This document shows, piece by piece, positions 52,709 to 64,000 of a DNA stretch of 64,000 nt (position 1 is its first letter; each line of letters opens with the position of its first letter). Position numbers and translations under genes: made by a program. Source of the stretch: Lingula anatina (Eukaryota > Animalia > Brachiopoda); contig CM120642.1 in the NCBI GenBank assembly GCA_051362555.1, forward strand, positions 4,154,001-4,218,000, written 5' to 3'. A model generated the notes under the pieces. That model did no database searches. It saw only the letters and a program-made list of their open reading frames with translations, and had not been told where the DNA came from.

Positions 52709-55329
52709 CTTATTTGCAATATTAAACAAAATTTACCTGCATAATTATCACTGCTTCCTTATTATTAATCTAGCAGAGAGCTTAACCTATGGGAGTTTAC
52801 AGGGAAATATCAACAAGTGTGCTTTATGTAATCTCAAATCACAAGTGTGCTTTATGTAGCCTATCAATTAGGCAAATTACTTTATAACTGAAATTAGCGA
52901 AGTGATACCCAAGGGAAATTTATAGACTGACCCTCTCAAAGGTCTTTCAGGCCCATAAGTCACAACTTAAGAAGAGCACAAAACAATAATGCACAAAATA
53001 GGAGACTACAACTTCTGATGCAATAATACATTATGTTTAACTGCACAGTCAACATCAAATTTTAATTTTGCACAACAGGTAACACCGATGAGAGTAAAAG
53101 CATAAGGCTTCAGGCCCATCAGAGTTCAAGTTTATACTTAGAAAGTGCCAGAATGAGAAAAATGAAATTTCACACAAAATTGCATTAAATTCAATAATAA
53201 ATGATAACCCAATTGACCTGGCTTTCTAATTTGAACTGCATGCCAATCCTAAAAATCATACTGTTAAGTTAAATATAATAATAAATAACACAGTTTTCTT
53301 TTCATAATGTTTGCAGTAGCAGTGCAAAAAGATTATTGTCAATTTTGATGTAACATTACATAATAAATTATAGAATAATTATCACCAATTTTTTATTATT
53401 GACTATAAATAGCATGAACATGTAGAAAATTTGATTACCATCCGGCTTCATGTCCATGGGAGCTCCGAGTCCCACAATGAATATGCCAAAAAGATAATGA
53501 ATATTTCACTAAAATGAATAACTTCCAGAAAAAGAAGCCCATTAGACTGCTTTTCCAACTTGGGCTGCATTTTAGTCCTGTGTTTCTTTTTTGAAAGTTT
53601 GACAATCATAATGAACACGGTTTTCCCATCATGGTCATCATGGCAGATGTGGATGATTGAATCTGACAAACTGCAATGATATGAGTTTATTTCCGTTTTG
53701 GACACTTGATTACACAATACATGATAACAAGTTTACCATCATTTTTACATAATCAACTAACAATGTTGTAAAGATGCAGGAAATATCAAACACACACTTT
53801 TACGTATCTTATTAGTTCAATAATGAGACTGTTAACATGCCTAAGAATTGAATCTGAGGAAATTTGAAAAAACAGTACAACTTATAAAATAATGGCCCGA
53901 TAACACTGATTTTCGAACTCAACCTGCATTTTTGTAAGATTGACCACTCCTGTGAGTATAATGACAATTGGCTAAGCTGTTTTTCTTATATTGTGTTATT
54001 AATGTTGCATATATGTTGAAAAAAGTGAAAAAACAGCATAAAAAATTAAAAGAAAATGTAAAATAAAACATAACAAAAAATACCAATAAAGCTGCTATTC
54101 AAACTTTTAATCTAGCTGTACAATTACTAACATGATATGAATAACCCTATTGAGTTTGAGAATAATAAGGCACTGTTATTCATCTTTAGCATTAATGTAA
54201 GCGTTACACAAATTTTTTTTTGTAAACTTATTTTCCATATTAAATAACATTTACCTGCATAATAATCATCGATTCCTAATTATGTGACACAGTTAAGAAA
54301 GCTAAACCGATGGGACTTTACAATGAAATCTCAATGTGTGTTTATGTAATCTCATTTAATACCCACTTGAAAATTAATTAAGCAAATTATTTTATAACCC
54401 TGAAATAACTTGAAAATCAATTAAGCAAATTATTTTATAACCCTGAATTAACTGCCTACTATCCATATACATTTATTGCACCAAATAGCACTGTACTGCA
54501 TTGCTTTCAAAACAGAAAACAATTACGATGGTTTTCCAACACAAGCTGCACTTCACTCTTTTCAGTAAGGTTGATTATCATAAGTAACATGGTTTTCCCT
54601 TAATCGCTATCCTGGCAGCAGTGTCCAAAATAGGGTTTTCTTTAACTTTCATGCAATATAACATAATACTTAACAGCATAATGACCATCAAATTTTTTAT
54701 AAAAAAATAAAAGTATCATGGATATTCAGAAAATGTGATATGGAAAGGTCTCCAAGGACATGGAAGTTAGGGTCACACTTTCAAAATGCCAAAATGTTAA
54801 CAAGAGATAACTGTACTGAAATGATTTTCTTTCCATTTTCAACACCTTTTTTTACATAAAACCATCATAACTGTCATTTTTAAATGATCAACTAGGAAAA
54901 TTGTTGACATAGGAAAAATATCAATAGAACAATTTATAATGTCCAATTAGCTCCATTTGGAGATTCTGAACAAACTGAATGATTGAATCTGACGAACTGC
55001 AATGATGAGTTCCTTTCCATTTTTGATACTTTATTACACAATGCAGGATAATAGGTTTACCGTCATTTTTATATAATCAACTAACAATATTGTTAAGAAG
55101 CAGAAAATGTTAAAACAACACTTTAACATATCCAATTAGTACCGTTATGAGACTGTTAACATGCTTAAGAATTAAATCTGAAGAAAAACCACTTATATAC
55201 AAAAAGGCTAATAACTTCATCAAAACTTAACTGATCAAGCTTATTTTCAAACTTGATCTGTATACTGGTCAGATTGATCACTCCTGTGAGTTGCAAGACA
55301 AAAGGCTGATTGGTTTTCCTTAAAATGCG

Positions 55330-56585
55330 TTATCAGTGTTGCATGTATGCTGAATAAAGGGAAAAAAACAGCATTACTTTTGTAAAAATAGTCCAATCAT
55401 GCCAATTTTCAAACTTGACCTGCGTATAATAAATATTCACCAGTTCTGTAAATTTCAATCCAAGGAAAGGAAAAACATTTTTACACTTATCATGTTATCG
55501 GTGTTATAAAAGTGCTGAAAAAATTGAAAAAAAAAAAAAAAAAAAAAAAACAGGATAACTTCCATAAAAATTGCCCGATCTTGCTGATTTTCAAACTTGC
55601 CCTGTGTATTATGAATATTCATTAGTTCTGTAAGTTTCAAGCCAAATGAAAAAACAGTTTTCCACTTATTGTGTTATCAGTGCTGCATATATGCTGAAAA
55701 AAGTGAAAAAACAGCATAAATTCCCTAAAAATGACCCGATCATGCTGATTTTCGAACTTGACTTGCGTATTATGAATATTTATCAGTTCTACAAGTTTCA
55801 AGCCAAAAGGTAAATTGGTTTTCCACTTATGGTGTTATCGGTGCTGCATATATGCTGAAAAATAGTGAAAAAACAGCATAAATTCCCTAAAAATGACCCA
55901 ATCATGCTGATTTTCGAACTTGACCTGTGTATTATGAATATTAATCAGTTTTGTAAGTTTCAAGCCAAAAGGTAGGATGGTTTTCCACTTATCGTGTTAT
56001 CGGGGTTGCATATATGCTGAAAAAAGTGAAAAAACAGCATAAATTCCCTAAAAATGACCCGATCATGCTGATTTTCGAACTTGACCTGCGTATTATGAAT
56101 ATTCATCAGTTCTGTAACTTTCAAGCCAAAAGGTAAAATGGTTTTTCACTTATCGTGTTATCGGTGCTGCATATATGCTGAAAAAAGTGAAAAAACAGCA
56201 TAAATTCCCTAAAAGTGACCCGATCATGCTGATTTTCGAACTTGACCTGCGTATTATGAATATTCATCAGTTTTGTAAGTTTCAAGTCAAAAGGTAAAAT
56301 GGTTTTCCACTTATCGTGTTATCAGTGCTGCATATATGCTGAAAAAAGTGAAAAAACAGCATAAATTCCCTAACAGTGACCCGATCATGCTGATTTTCGA
56401 ACTTGACCTGCGTATTATGAATATTCATCAGTTCTGTAAGTTTCATACCAAAAGAAAAAACAGTTTTCCATTTATCGTGTTATCGGTAAAAGTGCACGGC
56501 GACGGCGACGGCGACGACGGCGACGGCGACGACAGACGCAGATGATAGCTATATGTACAGACACATCTGTGTCTGTACATAAAAA
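55330..56585 (+). repeat. ~160-bp satellite array (about 7 units) ending in a (GGCGAC)n microsatellite and 3' hairpin, Helentron/HINE-like
   Basis: Unit ...gtgttatcggtgctgcatatatgctgaaaaaagtg...gatcatgctgattttcgaacttgacctg...; followed by cggcgacggcgac repeats and the palindrome atgtacagacaca-tc-tgtgtctgtacat, then an A-run. Confidence 0.8.
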
Positions 56586-56890
56586 GATTATATAAATAAT
56601 TTTCTAATAGCTGTTGGTTCTAATATGCAGAAATTATGCATATCTTTCAAATTTTTGGAACAATGAAATTAATAGAATAAAAGCTGGAATTTTTATCGTC
56701 ATTTATAGCAAAATGCATGATCACCACTCTCCATGATCTCATTACGGCATCATTTGGTAAAGTATTCTTTCATGAAGACATTTTGTGCCAGATTTCCACA
56801 TAATATGCTTGCAATATCTGCCCTCTTCCAGTTGCTCATTCACTCCTATTGCATCTTGATGCTACAACATTGTGACTGGGGCTGGGCACC

Positions 56891-59800
56891 TCACACTGGG
56901 GCTGCCCTTGGCTCTATAAGGATTTCATTAACTCCCACATACTCTGGCTGGGACACAGCATACAGCACGGCACGGCCTATGTCTTCTGGTTCCAGGATCT
57001 TATGGCTGCTGCTCCCGTCAAACTGCTCTTTGGCCTGAAAAATATATTATTATACATATTTTACTGAGCTGTACTCAACTTTCCATAAAACATATATTCT
57101 AAGTTTTTCAGCTTGTGTTTGATAATTTTTATATATGATCCAACTATAAGCTATAAATTTTTTTTTATCATACACTACAAGTCCTACATAACAAGACATA
57201 GCAGGTGTGCCCGCACGCACACGCACAGTGCCGTAAACTCTATGCATGACACAAATTCTATAATTTTTTTTTTCTTTTTGTTTTCTTCACCTTGATCTTA
57301 TTTTTATCTTATACATAAAGCACTGAGATAAATGTGGGGTGCAGTTTTAATGAACCGTTAATTATTATTTTTTCTTTTTTATAATTGTTATTGATTATTT
57401 TCTTCTTCTTATAATTATTATTTTTATTAACATTATAATTATCATTATTATTTTCTTCTTCTAAGAATATTATTTTTCATTAACATTTTCATTATCATCA
57501 TCATCATCATTACAATTACAATAAGAAGAAGAAGAAGACTTTTATGGCTGTTCCTGTTACCTCAGTGTCTGTGGTGTGCCCCAGTAGCTCTGTCCTGACA
57601 TCTCCAGGCTGGACACAGGTCACTCGGACACCGGCGTCACACACCTCCTGTCTCAGAGCCTGGGACATCCCCTCTATGAAGAACTTGGTACCAGAATACA
57701 CTGCCAGGCCTGGGAAACCCTGATATAAAGCATATGATATATGTTACATTTAATGTACATTTTATATTGAAAATAGAACCCCAAAATATCAGAAAAACAA
57801 GACCAGGCCTGGGGAACCTGATAAGTGTAACATTATATAAATCTTGTTACATCTAATGTACATTTTATACTGCAAATGAAAACCCAAATTATCAGAATGC
57901 ACTGCTAAAGAAGAAAAGCTCTGTTTAATATCACATTACATAATGAACATTTTATATTTCCTTAATTTCAAAATAAACAGCCACACCTGGGAAATTCTGT
58001 TTGTCATATATACATGATTAGTTTGTTACACTTTATGTACATTTTATATTATTTACAATGGACACCTTCTCTGATACCTAGCCATTGTTTCAGAGTGAAA
58101 TGCAAACCTAAGGCAGACATGATGAATCAATGAGAGTAAACCATACACCACATTCACTAATATCCATACCTTTCTGCCTGCGTCTGAAGACATGTTGACA
58201 ATATGGCCAGCTTTTCTCTCCAGCATCCCACTTAACACAGCACCTATGCAGTTGGTGACACCCTGGAACAGAAACACTTCTTTACTAAAGTGAACACTGG
58301 CTGCACATCAAATACTATTTGATATGAACAACTACTCATCAGTAAGTACTAATGTATGACCCTATGACACTCAGGGTACCTCTGTTATAATTTTTTTTCA
58401 CTCCCAGATTTTATGGAAAGGATAAGGTGCTATCAGCAATATAAGCTGTGACATTCAGAATACTAAAGCGATATTAACACTAATAGATATGAATATTTGA
58501 TCAAATACTAATAGAAATGAACATCTGTTCATTAGTAAGCACTTCTGTATGACCCTACAACACTCAGAGTAACTCCGTTATAGAATGTATTTCAGTCCCA
58601 GATTTTATACAAAGGACAAGGTGCTATCAGCAATATTTGCTGTGACATACAGGGTGTCAGCCTGTGCATGTACCTACCTTACAATTGAGATCAATCTGTC
58701 TCTCCCATTCTTCCTCATGTAAATTCTTCATAAGAGTATAGTACATCACTCCTGCATTGTTCACCAAAATATCCACGGGACCCAGGGTGCATTCTGCATG
58801 CTGCACAAGTTCTTTTACCTGGGGTGATTCAAAAACAAGTTTGAATAGATGGTTCAAAAATAAATAGATAAAATAAAATATAAAAATTGCACAATAAAAA
58901 GCTCTCAATGATCTTCGGCTTATTTCTGGTAGATTAATCTTTATCACTTTCCTCATAAGTGCTGAAAAAGATGTTTAATTAAAATAAATCAAATAGAAAT
59001 AAATTATTTGTCTAATTAATTTAAATACTGAAGCAAGAAAGGAAAGCTTTTTTCAACCATACCCTTGATGAAACTACTGAACAATTATCCACATTATTGG
59101 TATGAATTCTATGACTTAAAGGAGTTATGTACTTTTGAAAAGAAATGGTTAATCAAGAACAGATATTTGGTCATCATGCATACATCATCATAATATACAT
59201 TAGCTTGTGTATGCAGAATTATTACAATAGTGGGAAATTCTTTACCTCTTCACGGACTGTGACATCACATTTGACTGTTATTGCAACTCCCCCTTCTTCA
59301 CCAATCTTTTCTTGCAGCTCTTTCAGTTTATCAACTCTCCTGGCTGCCACGGCAACAGCGGCCCCTGCACCAGCCAGGTGGCGGGCAATGGCTGCTCCTA
59401 TACCACTGGATGCTCCTGTCACTATGGCAACCTTCCCGGCCAAAGGTTTATCACCTGTGAATAACAGCATATGTTGTCAAAGTTGAGATAATCATACTAG
59501 TTGATAATCCTTATACAAACAAAAAAATATTTGAAATTCATATCACTATCTATGGAATATAGGTTACTTACACTTACTATTATAAGGACTGTGTACATGG
59601 GAGATGTTTCAGAAAATAGGCTACTTTTACCACTGTGTCTAAAAATCCATGTTAATGCAATCAAAATTCCGTACAAAGCTTACTTTTAAGCCTGCATGGG
59701 AAGACAAAATTGCCTTCCTTTTCAATGCCTTCAAATTAACTGCATCTTAAGCATGTAGTCTTCACTGAGTTAAATATGTCTTATGGTATTTAGTTAAACA

Positions 59801-62800
59801 TGCACATTACCAGTAATTCACTGTCAATTTTCTAGGTTCACATAAAAGTTTACATATATGTAAAGGAATTTAAACAAGTAAGAAAATAACAATTATAATA
59901 AATGTATAAAAATTATAATTTAAAAATGTGATATAGAAAACTGTAAACATCTCACACCTACGGAAAGCCCAGACTGTGCTGCCATCTGTGGAGTGATTTT
60001 GAAAACTCAGCTGACTGGTTGCAAAATATATCCTCTATGACTGCACTTATTTTCTGTCTCACATGAAATGTTCTAGACACAAAAAGGGCAACAAATTTGT
60101 ACTGATATCATGTTTTTAAAAGGCCCAAGACAATACATCCTCTCAAACTGTCATTTGTAGAGCTCAAAATAGAGTTCAACATACAAGTGAATTTGAGGCA
60201 AACCGTCTGAAAATGTCTGGTACCTGTACTTAATGTAGTAGTTCTTGTAAATTTATGATTTTTTTTTTTTTTTTTGGGGGGGGGGGGGCAGTATGGTAAT
60301 TATATTACATTTCTGTAGCATCCTTTTATGTCAATGCCCACATGGTAACCCCCCTCCCCACATCTTAATTTACATGTACATTCCCTACCATCACTCCCCC
60401 CATGTCTTCTCTCCCAACCTGTAAAACTGTGACATACACTCTATAAAGCATCATTCTTCTCTAACCTAACTGCAGTACCTTGACACAAAAAATATGATGT
60501 GGACAATACCAATGAAAATTTTTCCTACGAGGAGTAAATGCAGCAGGGAAGAAATAACGCCAGTGATCGAGTCAATGGATGCAAGGACATAAAGAAATGA
60601 CCCCCTCATGTTTGACTTACTCAGTGTTTTTCTCCTAGGTTTAGGTATGATGCCTTGCACTATCAGAGCTCTGAAGTATGTGTTGAGCAGGGTGGAGTCT
60701 GTGTATGGAAATGAGAGGCCAAGAGTCTTCATTACCACTTGGAAGTTGTCATTTCTGTAGGTGCTGAGGTTGGAGAAGAAACTGCTGTCCCTAAAACATG
60801 ATTTATATAAGATTATTTAACATGACAAAGGTATAGGTGTACCTGCCCTAACGAAAAAGTCCTATAGGATCCTATAAGATCCTATAGGATCCTATAGGAA
60901 ATTGGGCCAATTTCCTATAGAATCCTATAGGATCTTATAGGATCCTATAGGACTTTTTCGTATGGGTGGTGTGCAATATAATTGCACAGCAATGGCATAA
61001 AAGTGTTTCTAGGATTAAACACACACACACACACACACACACACAGTCATACACTTATCAATGCCCACACACACACACACACAAACACAAACAGATTAAC
61101 AAGTAGACAGACATGTGTTTTCTACCACTTTTTGGAGTTGAACTATATCTTTCAAAAAACGGTCTTATGTAAGTACTACCAAATTCGAAGACTGGAAAGA
61201 CTATATGACGCCGGTAAGAATTAAGCCAAACAATTTTTTCCATTTAAATGTTACCATTACTTTCCAAAATCTCCAGTTTATTAATTAGCACAGAAAAACT
61301 GCTACAATAGCAAGTATTCCTGTACTTACATGACCATGTTGTCCAGTAACCTGACAAGCAGACCATCCCCTTTCTTCTGGTGTGCAGACTTCACCCTGTA
61401 AGCAGTAAACTAGTGTCTTACTAATGTAACACATATAAAAAAAACACCATTACTGTTATATCACTGACATTACTGGGGCACAGCTTTGGCAATTTGCCAA
61501 CTGAACACATTTTGACAGACCAATAACCAAGATAAATGACTTATGAGTGATGACCCAGTGATGATCCTATTTATTTGTTCTTATAACAACATTTTAGAAC
61601 TACACTTCAAAGTTTTGGTAAGAGGCAAAATGTTTTTTTTGCTGCTCCCAATATTTATAAATAACAGTCTGTCGGAACAATTCTTCAAAGAACATAAATC
61701 AGGCATTTCTAGCTTTGCAGCTTGGAAAAAAATCAAACTGTCAAATTTATACTCAATAGGACATGTAAATACACAAAAAAATTGTCACTTTTCAAATACC
61801 CATTACTACATCCGATAACTGTAAGACATAAAAGTAATAGGTTGTCTGTCATTGAACTGAATGTACAGTAACATAATATATAATATTAGTAATACTAAAT
61901 ACTAGTTAAGTGTTCTACCTACCGTTTGACCCAATCCTCATAGCTGACAATCTTCACAGCATAACCATGCGCCATCAGCCACTCAAACAACCACCTGGAA
62001 GTAACAAGTACACTTACTTCACTCCAAAATCTTATAAAATCTGCCATTTTAAAAAAAATTGCAACAGGGCATAATTTTGTTTAATATGAGTCTCTAAATC
62101 TTCTTACTAGATGGTACAAAATGTGTCTTTTATTAAATAATTTGAACTGAAAGAAGAGAGATCAATTGATTTCATTTACCTTGAATCCATGGGTTTTGTG
62201 TTCACCATGTGGAAAACTTTCCCCATGGAAAGCATGATGTCTTGAGTCATCTGCACTATGGTACTGCTCACAAAGTCCACAGGCGTCATCTCCACCTTCC
62301 AGTTGACATCTGGTGCCACCTTCAGTTCGATACATGACTTGATCATCAACAGGTTGAAGTCTTGTGCATTCCAATAGCCATATTTGCTGTCTCCAGACAA
62401 ATTTCCTACAAAAATGTTCAATATCATTATATTATTTTATTATTAAACTACACATAAGCTTAAATTTCTCAGGAGATAAAATTGGACATGCTCTACTACC
62501 CATTTACGAGCAGACATCTTTCTTCGTAATACTTACCCAGCCTATACTTGTTTACTGAGAAGCCTCTTCTCCATTCCTTAAGGACCAACTGTTATAGCTG
62601 TCACTGATATATGAGTAGCTTTCATTCTCACTCGTACTTACCCAGCCTATAGATGGCGACAGGCAAGCCTCTGCTCCGTGCCTTCAGGACTAACTGTTCA
62701 GCCACCCACTTGCTCTGAGAGTAACCATCAGCCAAGTTATCACAGTGCTTGGTCATGTCATCCTCCTCAGAGCAGTCCTTTAACCCATGGGGAAACACAC

Positions 62801-63174
62801 CATCAGTGCTGGAACAGTGCATCAACTAGTCATTTTTTATCTGTGATCTATGGTCTGTGTATTGGTCAGGGTTTCTGTTACTTCAGTTTAAGGTACATCT
62901 GTATGTGTATTTTGTGAAACAGTTACACATGTACATTACCCATTTTCCAACAAAGAGAGGACCGCTTTTCTATTCAGTAATCAGTCCATAGTGACAATAC
63001 AGTTTCATAGTTGGCAATCCTTACACTGTGGTTAGTAATCTCGTTATAAATTAATCAAATAAATGAATAAATAGATGTGTGTTAGTACCTGATATAATGC
63101 AGTGGTTTTATTTTACTGCTGCATGCAAACAAGATGATGTTCTCAGTCCCCAATACATTAGGACCTTGCAGTGC
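56891..63174 (-). CDS. 3' part of an NRPS-like gene: thioester-reductase (R) domain fused to a classical SDR (ATRR-like); 5' end lies beyond the window
   Basis: In-frame exons 63174-63089, 62808-62642, 62405-62180, 61994-61923, 61395-61330, 60790-60621, 59454-59246, 58818-58678, 58262-58170, 57719-57561 and 57034-56891. R motifs [32 protein letters not shown]; SDR motifs [26 protein letters not shown]. Confidence 0.88.
60846..60966. mobile_element. 121-bp fold-back MITE with CCC...GGG ends
   Basis: Near-perfect palindrome built from cctataggat repeats; flanked by TG on both sides (2-bp duplication, CMC/EnSpm-like). Confidence 0.7.
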
Positions 63175-64000
63175 CTGGAGAGAGGAGAAATTAGCTGGAT
63201 TAGAACTGGTTAGTTATTAGTGAAAATATGTAGGTAAGAAATCCACACTAAGCTTTCTCTGTCGTGAAATAATATATAATTTCCTTCTTTCCTTTTTCTT
63301 TTTTTGAAAAAAAAGATAAATTTATGTTTGTGTCAATTTTTAAACCCCCCCCCCCCCCCCCTCCAAATAAGATATAATGAATGAAAATAGGAAAAACAAT
63401 AATAATAGTAGTAAAAGAATGATATAAATAGTAATGGATAGAGTAAGCCCAGCTGAATATGTATAACTTAGTATAGTACTTGAACATGCAGAACGTAGTA
63501 CTCTGCATATACAATGAATGTGTGCACTCAGTAAATAATGCTGATTATTACAAATTTTTATATTAAAATAATGATGTATCAAACATGCTGCTGTGCTTGA
63601 AATCTTTGAAACAATGTGTTTGATAAACTTCATTCGAAAAAGGAACAGTTAGTGCTTTTGAATTAGTAGCAATAAAAAGATATAGAAAATAAAAGAAAAG
63701 ACAAATCAAGTGCACTCAAATATTGCCATCACTAAATTATACCAAAACCCTTAAAATATATGAAAGGTGTGATAAAATCCATTTATTAGTCTGTAATTAT
63801 AATAAATAAATTGAGACTTCAACTTTAAAATTTTAGATCTAGACCTGTTAAATACATTTCAATGAAGCCAATCAAATAACATGGCATGCGTGCTTTTGTT
63901 CATTAGTTAATTACTGTACAAGTACAGGTCATGAAAAGTCCGCCTTACATTCATTCAATAGATCTTAAAAGCCCTAGAAACATTACCTATTTCTTCTCAT

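Overview
AT-rich animal genomic DNA with spliceosomal introns and many (TA)n microsatellites; the repeat types suggest an invertebrate, probably a lophotrochozoan/mollusc (inference). Bases 1-32 kb hold four guanylate-binding-protein (GBP, dynamin-like GTPase) genes, two on each strand, whose exons I reconstructed by hand. All four share a minor-spliceosome (U12) intron, and one copy lacks an in-frame AG acceptor. Each gene ends in a different phase-1 terminal exon: CaaX CTIL, CaaX CAIM, two alternative Gly-rich amphipathic tails, or a ~210-aa extension. Two GBP coding exons are interrupted by DNA transposons (piggyBac-derived, TTAA; Harbinger-like, TAA). Next come a tandem segmental duplication carrying a signal peptide-CUB-like-Ly6/uPAR-GPI gene, an intronless secreted orphan protein, an intronless class A GPCR, Tc1 copies, MITEs and a Helentron-like satellite carrier. 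The window ends in the 3' exons of a thioester-reductase + SDR fusion resembling the NRPS-like glycine betaine reductase ATRR. All calls come from reading the sequence; no searches were run.
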